DNA of 51,241 nt from the IMG/VR virus record IMGVR_UViG_3300037483_000317, positions 1 to 51,241 of that record. The stretch is one strand, 5' to 3'. The position numbers and the translations under genes were made by a program. Below, in pieces: positions 1 to 8,925 of the stretch. This stretch comes from a virus. Lineage: Duplodnaviria; Caudoviricetes. Every line of letters begins with the position of its first letter. Positions within the stretch are counted from its first letter, which is position 1. The notes under the pieces were generated by a model. It was given only the letters and a program-made list of their open reading frames with translations. It did not search any database and had not been told where the DNA came from.

Positions 1-1671
1 GAGCGTCAGCGTGCCGGCTGATCCGGCTTGGGCCGTGCCCGAGTCGCTGATATACGATCCAGAAACACCAGCAATGTCGGCGGCGAGGTCAACGGCTGGG
101 GTTCCGATCTTCGGCTGCATGTCGGCCGTATCAACTAGGATCGCATCGATCGAGGCATTATCAGGCGCTGTCGTATTTGCCCCGTCCGTGCCACGCATGT
201 CGGTGTTCGTGGTCGTGGTGTCGGTCAGCGTCACGCGGGAGACGTGTCCGCTGCCGTTGATGCCGAGCGCAGCAAAGTTTGCCGGTAACGCGGCTGCAAA
301 TTCCGCGTTCGTCGGCACACCATCAACGCTGGTTTGCAGCGCAGTCGTCGCACTCGCCGGTGCGATGGGGTTGCCGCTGCCGTCCAGCGCAAGCAATTGA
401 TTCAGCGAATTAGCAAATGGCATCCAACGAATATTGGCGGGCACTCGGAGCTTCGACGTATCTGGCTTGTTCCCGACAACGGTTACATGCGAATCATCCA
501 GCGTGGCGTCGATGTCGATTTCTTCTCCGCCGCCAGCCGTCGTCGAATAGTAGGAGCAATTGACCAGGTTCGCTTGGTTCGGAAGCTGCGATCCAGCCTG
601 AGTTGATCCTGAACTACAGATTGCATCGCCAGTCGAGCTTGCATGTGATTGCGTTGCAATTAGGTGGCAGTCTTGGATCGTGACGGCCGCGTGAATAATC
701 GGCGGGTTGTTGTTGTTTCCGCCACTCACCACGATTGCAACTGCATGGCCACTATCTTCCAACACTCGCTCGGAGGCGATCCGGCAGCGGCGGATCGTCC
801 CGCAAGAGAAGAGGCTGCACCACACGCCACGAGCGTCGAGAGTCGACGAATAAACGCCGGCGGTACTAATGTCGCAATCTTCGATCAAAAATCCATAACA
901 GGAAGAGACGTTAATACCGTCCCAAAAACCCTCGAGTTTACAATTTGCCATGTAAAAACCAGGACAACTATTGGCCAGCACGGCATCTTGGCCGCCATAC
1001 AACCAACAATCAATTATCCGAATCCCACGTTTGTTTGAGGCCGTGACCGGCAGCCCGCTAAGGTCTGATGTGTAAACCTTTAGTCCACGAATCGTCGTGA
1101 ACTCCGCCATGGTAAGCGTCGTTCCCGTGGTGTGACTTAGAATTGCGGTCCAATCGTCACCTCGCAATTCAAGATGTGTTTTGGTGACGGTGATCGCACC
1201 GGAGTGCGTGCCAGCTAGAAAATGGATTGTGTCGTAAGCGACAGCGCCGCTTTGGGCATTCGCAAAAGAATCAAGCGGTAAGGATCGTGTACCAGAATTC
1301 GTACTACTGCCACCCGACGCCGCTACGTACCAAATCCGCCCACCACGTTCGTTGAATTCCGCACCCTGATACGTGAGTGCGAAGCTCGTCGTGGCCATCA
1401 TGCGGAAGTCACGGCCGATCGGCCCCACCGCATCCGCGTGGTCGATGGCGACCACGAGCGTGTCGAGCGCCGCCGCCTCGTCGGCGTGCAGCGTGTATTT
1501 CCATTGGTCGGTCTCGTCGACCGCCAGCGTGCCGGCCCCCGCGCCCCAGGTGCCGTCAATGCAGACCCGCACCGTTGCGCCCGTGACCAGCCGCGTGCCG
1601 TCGCTCAGTTTGATGAGCGACTCGACAAAGTAAATCGTTTCGATCACGCCAGTGCGTAGGAACCCGTTCAT
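1..1671 (-). CDS. Beta-helix virion adhesin/tailspike-like protein, allele A (partial, runs off left edge)
   Basis: ATG at 1671 overlaps the stop of the upstream gene (ATGA). Manual translation begins MNGFLRTGVIETIYFVES, the same N-terminus as 48588..51227. The frame is consistent with running to base 1, where it matches AGTLTL of allele B. Missing from the ORF track because there is no stop inside the window. Confidence 0.85.
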   Translation of the reverse strand, partial: MNGFLRTGVIETIYFVESLIKLSDGTRLVTGATVRVCIDGTWGAGAGTLAVDETDQWKYTLHADEAAALDTLVVAIDHADAVGPIGRDFRMMATTSFALTYQGAEFNERGGRIWYVAASGGSSTNSGTRSLPLDSFANAQSGAVAYDTIHFLAGTHSGAITVTKTHLELRGDDWTAILSHTTGTTLTMAEFTTIRGLKVYTSDLSGLPVTASNKRGIRIIDCWLYGGQDAVLANSCPGFYMANCKLEGFWDGINVSSCYGFLIEDCDISTAGVYSSTLDARGVWCSLFSCGTIRRCRIASERVLEDSGHAVAIVVSGGNNNNPPIIHAAVTIQDCHLIATQSHASSTGDAICSSGSTQAGSQLPNQANLVNCSYYSTTAGGGEEIDIDATLDDSHVTVVGNKPDTSKLRVPANIRWMPFANSLNQLLALDGSGNPIAPASATTALQTSVDGVPTNAEFAAALPANFAALGINGSGHVSRVTLTDTTTTNTDMRGTDGANTTAPDNASIDAILVDTADMQPKIGTPAVDLAADIAGVSGSYISDSGTAQAGSAGTLTL

Positions 1672-1685
1672 GCGTTCGCCCTCCG
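1..1685. repeat. Left copy of imperfect terminal direct repeat (pairs with 49485-51241)
   Basis: 1-107 is identical to 49485-49591 and 1559-1685 is identical to 51115-51241. Flanks are near-identical; the central ~1 kb is strongly diverged. Confidence 0.95.
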
Positions 1686-4040
1686 GCGCGAGTGATAGTA
1701 GTTTGCGATCGCTGGAATCGACGGCCCGCCGCCAGCAGCCATCGGCACCGCTCCGATATCACCGCTATCGTGGGCGGCTCCACGTAGTGCTTCGTTCTGA
1801 GGCCGGAAGCCCTCGCGTATCCAGGTCAATACGGCAAGTGGATAGGAGGCGCTCGATAAAGAGTAGGTGGCGTCGGTAATCGTAGCACCGAAACCGCAAG
1901 AATCTTGCATCACTGCGGAGAAGTCAAACTCCCAATTTGCACCCCAACTCGCACCAACACCCGGCTCGGTCGTTGCACCGGAAGTGTGGTCTGCAATGCA
2001 GCGATACCAAAGCACTTCGTCGTTGTACCACGCGGCGTCATTGTTTTTGACGCGGTCTCCGACGACGTAGCCGGTTGCCGTGGCCCAATCAGCAGGCGTC
2101 GTCAGAATACCTTCTGGGCCAAGGTAGCGGTTCGGCCAATTGTGGAATCCGCGAGTGTAGTCGACGAATTGCGGACCGGCCCCCGTGGGATCACTACCCG
2201 TTCCGAGGTCCACGTCATTGGCACCGACAGCAGCCGACAGGCAGAAGCCAGCGATTCCGTACTGACTGGTTGGATTCTGGCCGCCCTCATCGTAGATCGT
2301 GCCGCTCCGCACGTTGTACCCGGCGTTGTAGTCGACGCCTGTTGGAGTCGCCACGTCGGGTATGACAACTCGGAATGTCGTGCCACTGTCCGGCGTCGCC
2401 GAGAAAGCAGTGCCTACAGTCACGCTGTTGGAGGTGTGCGAAGCATATGTTTGGTGCTCGCCCACTTCCGGCCCGCTGCCAGTTTTCGCCGTGATCCAAA
2501 TCTCGGCACCGGTCCAACCTTGCTCGGTGCCAGTGTTCCAAGCCGTCGTTTCATTGCGAATCAGCGTTGTTGTCGTGCTGCCTGCTTTTGCCGTGCCATC
2601 CAGCCCCCACGTTCCGTTCACGCCAGAATCAGCCAACCCGTAATATTCCAGGATGTAGCCGTATTGACTGAGCGGTACAGGAGCCCAGGCCAGATTCGAG
2701 CGGCAGGTCGGCACCATTCCCGTAAAGCCCGGAAACTCAGCGCCGATGTTGAACAGGAAGTATTCGTTGGATGCACCGGCAAGCGTGTTGTCGAACGTGC
2801 CGCCCGTGCAATGCTCCGCCTTGATGCTGATTTTCTTCGTGCCGTGGCCCGAGAAAATGTTGCAGCTCGGCCACATGCGTGAGTTGAGGCAGACGATCCA
2901 ATTCTTCAAATACCACTCGACTGTGTTGTTCGTTTCCGAAACGCCTAGACTTATTCCATCGGCGCGTTCGCTGGCGATCGTGCTCTGCAATACCACTCCA
3001 TCCATCGTAAGCGTGCCATCCGAAGAACCGTTGCCGCCGCTAAACATCCACTCGTTATAGCCAGCGCTGGCCACGTCATAAAACACGCCGATATTACTCC
3101 ATGTTTCGGATCCACCGGCGCTAACTACCGGAGGTGCGTTATGGACTCTCGGAACAATGATTAGCTCACTGATGCTTGCGCCCGTCTGCCCGCTACCGCT
3201 GAACTTTCCACACACAACGTCTTGTAAGACAAAGTTTGCGTGCTGGGATGGGATAGTAATGGCTGCGTCTTTGAACGACAGATGCCGCCACACTCGCTGG
3301 GCAGTTGAGCCTGGAACGCTCACCGACGTCGTAAGGCTATCTCCAACATTCGCCGCGATGGCTGGATTGCTGAAAGTGATATATTCCAGATAGATATCTC
3401 GATTCGTCGGAAAATTCTCTCCGTTAATTTTTCCGCAGCGGTTGAACGTGCAGGGATCGCCAGCAGCGCCGCGTAGATCGAACTTTTGATTGGTTCCGTT
3501 GCAACGGAAGTCCAGGCACTTGATCGTCGCATCGCCAATGTCCGAGAAGTCGACAAATGTGCCCACGAATCCACCGTACTCCGTGGCTGCGCCAGTCAAC
3601 CGGCGAATGCTGCCCACCCCTGCTCCCGCCTCGATCAAAAACGAGACATGCGCGCCGGTGGTGCCATTGCAAAGGATTCGGCTGTTCGTTTGGCCCGTGG
3701 TCGAGCCGAAAAAGATCGGGTACTTTTGTGCTGATCCACCGTTGCCGAAGATGTACCGCGAGCCCGCCTCCATCGTCAGCACAGAGTCTTTGAGCTGCAA
3801 TCCGCCGTTGATGAGGAAGTCGACACCAGCAGCTACCGTAAGTGACCCGGTGTTGCCAGCCGTTGCGTCCACCACGCCGTCGATCGTGTCGGTCGCACCC
3901 GAGGTGCCAACCTCGACATTTGTATCGACAATCACCGGCACCTTGACCTCGAACGAATCTCCATTGCCTGGCGGCCCACTCCCGCCCCAGGTGGCCGTGT
4001 CGCTCCAATCGCCAGTGACTGAGGCTGTATAGGCAGCCAT
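1668..4040 (-). CDS. Large virion-associated beta-rich protein with C-terminal carbohydrate-binding (CBM5/12-like) module
   Basis: 790 aa, G/T/S-rich. N-terminal GDWSDTATWGG motif; WATATGYVVGDRV...WYRCIADHTSG...PG...W module near the C-terminus. Confidence 0.7.
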   Translation of the reverse strand: MAAYTASVTGDWSDTATWGGSGPPGNGDSFEVKVPVIVDTNVEVGTSGATDTIDGVVDATAGNTGSLTVAAGVDFLINGGLQLKDSVLTMEAGSRYIFGNGGSAQKYPIFFGSTTGQTNSRILCNGTTGAHVSFLIEAGAGVGSIRRLTGAATEYGGFVGTFVDFSDIGDATIKCLDFRCNGTNQKFDLRGAAGDPCTFNRCGKINGENFPTNRDIYLEYITFSNPAIAANVGDSLTTSVSVPGSTAQRVWRHLSFKDAAITIPSQHANFVLQDVVCGKFSGSGQTGASISELIIVPRVHNAPPVVSAGGSETWSNIGVFYDVASAGYNEWMFSGGNGSSDGTLTMDGVVLQSTIASERADGISLGVSETNNTVEWYLKNWIVCLNSRMWPSCNIFSGHGTKKISIKAEHCTGGTFDNTLAGASNEYFLFNIGAEFPGFTGMVPTCRSNLAWAPVPLSQYGYILEYYGLADSGVNGTWGLDGTAKAGSTTTTLIRNETTAWNTGTEQGWTGAEIWITAKTGSGPEVGEHQTYASHTSNSVTVGTAFSATPDSGTTFRVVIPDVATPTGVDYNAGYNVRSGTIYDEGGQNPTSQYGIAGFCLSAAVGANDVDLGTGSDPTGAGPQFVDYTRGFHNWPNRYLGPEGILTTPADWATATGYVVGDRVKNNDAAWYNDEVLWYRCIADHTSGATTEPGVGASWGANWEFDFSAVMQDSCGFGATITDATYSLSSASYPLAVLTWIREGFRPQNEALRGAAHDSGDIGAVPMAAGGGPSIPAIANYYHSRRRANA

Positions 4041-5411
4041 CTACGCTTCCCCCTCCCCAACGACGATCCTCGTGTGTGGCACGTAGTCTTCACCCCACCG
4101 GCGACAGTTGCGCAGCTCAACCACGCAGCCGGGTGAGCAAGCTGGGTGTAACAACTCGCGCGGGTTGTCTTTGTAGGCGACGTAGGAAAAGTCAATCAGC
4201 AAAAACGGTTTCTTGCCTCCCGATTCCCGCAACAGTAGCGAACCCGGCCAGATCGGCGTCCCACTTACGCCGCTGATCCGCACGTCCGTCATCGACTGCA
4301 CGTCGACCAGCGGCAGGTCGTCATGCTCTTTGGCGCGATTGAGACACACGCCGCGAATGTCAATGCGGGCTTGCGCGTAGCGGCCCAGCCAATCCGTGAC
4401 GACCAGTTGCGGATTGCGCGTGTTGTCGCCGCCGTCAAATGAGACGCCGGTGACCTCGAATGGCGAATTGTTCGAGGCCACGCCCTTGCCGAGCCGCAAG
4501 AGGCATTGCGAGCCCGACCAGCCGGCGATCTCGATCGAGTCTGCCGTGAGCTTGCCGCCCGCGTCGAAGTTGAACACGGCCTCAGTGATGCCTGTCGCCG
4601 CCAAGTGCCGATGCGCGTGCATCACGCTTTGCTCGTTGCGCACAAGGATCGCATTCGCGCAGTGCGTAATGTTGCAGTGGTCGGTCTCGATCGAGTCGGC
4701 GTGATTGTCGGTGCGGCCGGGCCAATCGTTGTCGCCGCTGCGGAAGCCTGTCAGGTCTCGGCCGCACAAGATGCCGGCGTCGGCGGCGTAGCCAAACGAG
4801 CAACTGTCAAACTTGTGCTTCCCAGTCGCCACTTTGTTGCCGTAGTTCGTGGCGACGTGGTAGCAGACCGACCCGTAGGCATCTTGTTTCGTCAAGATGC
4901 GGAAGCTGAATTGCAGGCCGACGGTGCGAGTCCAGAGCCCGTTGTTGCGGACGATCGTTTTGCCGCGCCCCTCAGGACCGGTCACGCGAAGCGTGAGGTG
5001 CGAGCCAAGGCACTTGCCGCCACCCGTGCCGCCAGGAGCGTCGCCGCCCATGCCGAGCCAGCACCGGCCGCTGTCGGTCGGCAGCACCAGCGTGTCGTCG
5101 ATCAGGATCGCTGTTGCCGTGCTGGCTGCTCCCTGCCACTGCCACGGCAGCCTCTGCGGCCCGGCGTCGATGGCCGCTTGGAGCCGCGCGCGGTTGTTGG
5201 CGGCGTCACGGTGCGAATTCTCGACGAGGCCAAACTCGTCGACGACGTTGACGGCAGTTCGGCTGGGTCTCACCGCCAAGCGTTCGTTGACGGCCACAAG
5301 TTGCTGCTGTAACTGTTGCACATCGCGCTCGCGCGCGTCGAGCAGATCGAGCAGCGGTCCCAAATCGACCGAGCATTCGCCCCGCGCCAGTCTGTCGTTA
5401 CGTGTGGTCAT
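4041..5411 (-). CDS. Pectate-lyase-like beta-helix protein with N-terminal coiled coil
   Basis: 456 aa. VNVVDEFGLV...DAANNRARLQAAID is a typical start of pectate_lyase_3-like beta-helices. Confidence 0.6.
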   Translation of the reverse strand: MTTRNDRLARGECSVDLGPLLDLLDARERDVQQLQQQLVAVNERLAVRPSRTAVNVVDEFGLVENSHRDAANNRARLQAAIDAGPQRLPWQWQGAASTATAILIDDTLVLPTDSGRCWLGMGGDAPGGTGGGKCLGSHLTLRVTGPEGRGKTIVRNNGLWTRTVGLQFSFRILTKQDAYGSVCYHVATNYGNKVATGKHKFDSCSFGYAADAGILCGRDLTGFRSGDNDWPGRTDNHADSIETDHCNITHCANAILVRNEQSVMHAHRHLAATGITEAVFNFDAGGKLTADSIEIAGWSGSQCLLRLGKGVASNNSPFEVTGVSFDGGDNTRNPQLVVTDWLGRYAQARIDIRGVCLNRAKEHDDLPLVDVQSMTDVRISGVSGTPIWPGSLLLRESGGKKPFLLIDFSYVAYKDNPRELLHPACSPGCVVELRNCRRWGEDYVPHTRIVVGEGEA

Positions 5412-5674
5412 TTCTTGCTGCCGCGCTCGCCAGCCCGGTGTATGTCGTCCATCAGATACTGCCGCTCGAGGCGCTCCATGATGGCGTTGGACGTGCTCAT
5501 CACGGCCGTGCTGGCCTTGATCGAGTCCAGCATCGTCTGCCTGACAAATTCCTCGTTACGTTCAATCCGAGCGGTGAGTGAGTTTTCACGCACCCAACTC
5601 GCGTAAATAAAAAACACACACATGGCCGCGAAGATGCCCCACTCGCGAGCGACTTTCCAGGCCATCTCCGTCAT
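5408..5674 (-). CDS. Putative holin (single TM plus coiled coil)
   Basis: WGIFAAMCVFFIYASW TM segment followed by a helical charged tail. Start chosen at the in-frame ATG 5674. Confidence 0.5.
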   Translation of the reverse strand: MTEMAWKVAREWGIFAAMCVFFIYASWVRENSLTARIERNEEFVRQTMLDSIKASTAVMSTSNAIMERLERQYLMDDIHRAGERGSKK

Positions 5675-5904
5675 GCCAACTACCCTTGCCTCGCCGTTTA
5701 AGGTCACCTATCAGCCCCCCACGCACCCAGCCGCGGGGAGTAACAACGACGAGAAAACGCCAAAAGTGGCGGAGTCCGTTCCTTAGTGGTTACAATGTTG
5801 TTAGCCATCGGCGGGTTCGGTCCGCTGCTGGTCGGCGTCGTGGCGCCTTCGGGCGCCGCGGCGTCTCTCCTTTTTCACAGCCGGCGATCGATCTGTAGAG
5901 TTAC

Positions 5905-6240
5905 CTACAAAAAGTGAACTGCGGCTTGAATCGCTCCCAAAAATAATGTGATCGCTAAAATCCACGTCATGGTTGCCTTCTGTGCTTCCGCTTGCCTTGT
6001 TTCTACCTCGGCGACTTTTGCTGCTAACGCATCGTGTAGCTCGCGGCTCGCAGACAGACCACGCTCACTATTGATTTGCGCCCGCATCTCATTCATTTCC
6101 GCCAGTCGGCGGTCGACGTTTTCCGCCGCAACTTTGATTTGCGAACGAAGCATTTTGTGTTCGCGCAAATGCGATTTTAGGTAATCCTCGAACCGCTCTG
6201 TCGTAACTGGCCGCTGCCTGTTCATCCCGGCCACCCTCAC
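5905..6240 (-). CDS. Coiled-coil protein with C-terminal TM helix (holin/XhlA-like)
   Basis: 111 aa; heptad-rich body ending in WILAITLFLGAIQAAVHFL. Confidence 0.5.
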   Translation of the reverse strand: MRVAGMNRQRPVTTERFEDYLKSHLREHKMLRSQIKVAAENVDRRLAEMNEMRAQINSERGLSASRELHDALAAKVAEVETRQAEAQKATMTWILAITLFLGAIQAAVHFL

Positions 6241-6252
6241 TACCGCAGTTCA

Positions 6253-6465
6253 CTATTTTCCATGCGATTTCCAAAATGCGTCAATCTGGTACTTCGCATT
6301 CTCTTTGGCGTCGGTTTGTGTCGCTCCAATCGACCTGATCTTCTCCAGTGCCACCCCTGCATTTTCCGGTCGAGCCTCGCAGACCCAAGGCGTCGTCGGG
6401 CTTCCGCTGCTGCGGTCGGTCTGTAGCTCGAATGATCTGTAGGTTTCGTTCATGTCACGCCGCAA
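6253..6465 (-). CDS. Hypothetical protein
   Basis: 70-aa ORF packed between neighbours in the operon. Confidence 0.5.
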   Translation of the reverse strand: MRRDMNETYRSFELQTDRSSGSPTTPWVCEARPENAGVALEKIRSIGATQTDAKENAKYQIDAFWKSHGK

Positions 6466-6488
6466 ATGACTTCAGCGTCCTCCACCGA

Positions 6489-7037
6489 TCATGCCGACTT
6501 CAATTCTGGGTACTCTCGATACAGCAGTACCAGTTCATTCTTGTTTGGCGTCAACACTTGCGGATCATAGTAGGGATTGAGTAAGCCTCCCTTGACCGTC
6601 GAGTGGCCAAACCCGATCGCGTGTCCGCCCTCGTGCAAAATCACGTTGAGCGCGTGAATGGCGTCGTTCGATTCAAAGTAGCGCTGCCACGTGTCGCCGG
6701 GGTCGAACTCAATCAACGCCTGCGATGGATCGCGTAGGCTGACCACGTCCGACCACGCGAGAATGCCGCTCGTGCCGTCGAACTCATCCGGGTCGCCGAG
6801 CTGCAAGACGATCTTGGCATTGTCCCGTTTGCGCACCCGATAGAACGGGATGCGGACGAACACTTGTGCCACCTCGAACGCGGCAGAGATCACGCCGCGA
6901 GTCTGCGACACCGAAAGTCCTGGCAACGCCATCTTCGTCTCGTGATACCAGCCGATCTTGGCAGGTAGTTCGCCTTCGACGTGTTTGGCGAAGGCGGCCT
7001 TCACTTTTGTGCCGCATTTGTATCTTGTACTACTCAT
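6489..7037 (-). CDS. Matrixin-like (M10) zinc metalloprotease
   Basis: HEGGHAIGFGHS (HExxHxxGxxH) motif and FDGTSGILAW segment; Met-turn position reads LLNPYY. Confidence 0.85.
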   Translation of the reverse strand: MSSTRYKCGTKVKAAFAKHVEGELPAKIGWYHETKMALPGLSVSQTRGVISAAFEVAQVFVRIPFYRVRKRDNAKIVLQLGDPDEFDGTSGILAWSDVVSLRDPSQALIEFDPGDTWQRYFESNDAIHALNVILHEGGHAIGFGHSTVKGGLLNPYYDPQVLTPNKNELVLLYREYPELKSA

Positions 7038-7237
7038 TTGCCGAGTGTTCCTTTTTTTGTGGTGCTTGCGTGTTTCGTCCGGACCTGATATTCGCCGACG
7101 TTGTCGCCGTCGACCACGTTCACGACGGTTCCAGGAATCGACGCGAGCCCCAGCGGTGGCGGCGCGGCCCAGGCGGAAAAGCCGGCCGCCACCCAGAGCA
7201 TACCTGCGAGCACGACGATTGAAGTTCGGTGTTTCAT
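7034..7237 (-). pseudogene. Signal peptide plus truncated thermonuclease (SNase) N-terminus
   Basis: Signal-peptide-like start, then GTVVNVVDGDNV (SNase VxxVxDGDT motif); the ORF ends about 20 aa later. Confidence 0.45.
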
Positions 7238-7311
7238 GGTTCTAAGATGCGCCGCCCGCCGGAAAGAAACGGCGGACGACGCGGGAGGGTGCGTCGTGAG
7301 ACGCCTTTGTG

Positions 7312-7746
7312 CTACTCGGTGCGTTCGCTGACGACGCGAACCTCACCAAAATCCCCCGGCGATTCTGGTGTGATCGTGTCAACGGCCGTGAACGCCTGCG
7401 TGCGAGGGGCCGACACGTTGCCGGCGTCGTCGACGTACACCAACGATATGTCGACTGCCGATCCTTGCGGGACCTCAAACGTCGCCACCGTTGCGGCCTT
7501 GTCCAGCGTTTGGTCTGCCGGCGCGCCGCCATCAACGACGACTGAGAATCGCTGCTCCTGCATGTCGGTTCCGTCCGGCACAGTTGGCAGATCAGCTTCG
7601 TAGGTTAAAAAATCCATGTCGTTTTCTCTCCTCTCGGAAATGAGTTTGATCGTAAATGCTGCGGGGCGTGGTGGCCCAGGTGCTAGGCGATTGGCAGCGT
7701 ATCGAATCGCCGACGCCAGTTCGCTGATTGCTGTTTCGAGCGACAC
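7312..7746 (-). CDS. Ig/FnIII-like domain protein
   Basis: Beta-rich acidic domain ending VYVDDAGNVS...DTITPESPG. Confidence 0.55.
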   Translation of the reverse strand: MSLETAISELASAIRYAANRLAPGPPRPAAFTIKLISERRENDMDFLTYEADLPTVPDGTDMQEQRFSVVVDGGAPADQTLDKAATVATFEVPQGSAVDISLVYVDDAGNVSAPRTQAFTAVDTITPESPGDFGEVRVVSERTE

Positions 7747-7750
7747 ACGG

Positions 7751-7924
7751 TTATTCCTTCGGTTTGATGATCCAATCCACGAGCCGCGTCAGCAGCTCCA
7801 AACACTTCTCCCAAATATCCGCCTTTCGATGTTCGGCATCGGCTAAGTGCTCAATCTGATCGGCGGCGCGAAATACCGCGTGCGGGAGCTTGCCGCGGCC
7901 TCCATTCTTTGAATCGTCTGACAC
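7751..7924 (-). CDS. Hypothetical protein (57 aa)
   Basis: Manually translated GTG-start ORF (MSDDSKNGGRGK...WIIKPKE) exactly filling the gap between neighbours. Confidence 0.5.
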   Translation of the reverse strand: MSDDSKNGGRGKLPHAVFRAADQIEHLADAEHRKADIWEKCLELLTRLVDWIIKPKE

Positions 7925-7930
7925 ACGCGG

Positions 7931-8431
7931 TTACTCCCCATGATTCTTGACTTCCAAGCCAAGACCCCAATCTGATTCGTTGAACTGTGGCTGCGTCACT
8001 GAGGGAGCGTCATGGTGTATCCAATTGGAAACCGCTAAGCCGAATCCCGAACCACCGACCAGCATTGCGGCACCAATCAATAGCGCCGGCCAAATTGGCG
8101 ACTTGGTAACTGTCGTCGTGTTCGTGGTTGTCGTTGTCGGTGTCGGTGAAGTGGTTGTCGCTGGCGTTGCAGTAGACGTTGGCGGTAGCTGCGCAACGTG
8201 GTAAGTGTCGCCCTGAATGTTGATGTCACCGGGCATCTCAACTTCGCCATCCTTCTCTAAGATGTCCTCCGCGCCCATCGTCCGGAATTGCAGGCGGTGG
8301 TCGTGTTCTCGCTTCTTGGCCGACTCGGCCCAAAGTTGTCGCGTATTTTGAATTGCGGCGAGTCGCGGTATCAGCCAGGCGGGTGATTGATCCGCGAAAC
8401 GCCGCTCTACTTCATTCAGTGGGTTTTCCAA
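7931..8431 (-). CDS. Membrane-anchored protein with Thr/Pro-rich linker
   Basis: TSTATPATTTSPTPTTTT linker then TM WPALLIGAAMLVGGSGFGLAV. Start uncertain (TTG 8431; ORF open to 8566). Confidence 0.55.
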   Translation of the reverse strand: MENPLNEVERRFADQSPAWLIPRLAAIQNTRQLWAESAKKREHDHRLQFRTMGAEDILEKDGEVEMPGDINIQGDTYHVAQLPPTSTATPATTTSPTPTTTTTNTTTVTKSPIWPALLIGAAMLVGGSGFGLAVSNWIHHDAPSVTQPQFNESDWGLGLEVKNHGE

Positions 8432-8645
8432 GGTCGGCGGGATCGGCCAACCAGGTTGCACCGTTGCCGGCTCCGCCGAAGTGCTCGTCGATTCTTCGCT
8501 CAATTTGGGCCACCTTTGCAGCGAAATACTTATCCCAACGACCGTAGGCAAACGCCTCGGCCGCAACTAACGTCTCCTCATCTGCCGCCTTTATTCTGGC
8601 GACAGAATCGGAAGCCGCTTTCGCCATTAACTCTTCATTGGTCAC
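8412..8645 (-). CDS. Hypothetical protein
   Basis: 77-aa helical ORF in the operon. Confidence 0.55.
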   Translation of the reverse strand: MTNEELMAKAASDSVARIKAADEETLVAAEAFAYGRWDKYFAAKVAQIERRIDEHFGGAGNGATWLADPADLGKPTE

Positions 8646-8651
8646 GGATGA

Positions 8652-8888
8652 TTACGCCTGAGGCTGCGGTGCTTGGAGCGGAGCCGTGGTAGGCGTACCG
8701 TTTAGCATCCGGATGCCCTGCGATGCGAAGATCGTTGGACTAGTGAGCGCAACCGCCCACATGCTAGCCGAATCTTCGCTCAACTGATCCCAACGTCGCG
8801 TGCGAGAACTGCTCGCCGCGACCGATTCCTGCGACAGACCAGTAATGATGCTGCTCTGTACGCCGTTGTCTACTAGACTTTCTGCCAT
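8652..8888 (-). CDS. Hypothetical protein
   Basis: 78 aa, preceded by a GGAG ribosome-binding site. Confidence 0.6.
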   Translation of the reverse strand: MAESLVDNGVQSSIITGLSQESVAASSSRTRRWDQLSEDSASMWAVALTSPTIFASQGIRMLNGTPTTAPLQAPQPQA

Positions 8889-8925
8889 CGTTCAAACTCC
8901 TGCTTCTACGGTGAAAAAAGCGGCT

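Noticed and set aside
5710-5900. Possible RNA gene in the gap between holin-like genes
   Set aside because: Only a short GC hairpin and tiny ORFs; no cloverleaf or other recognisable fold.
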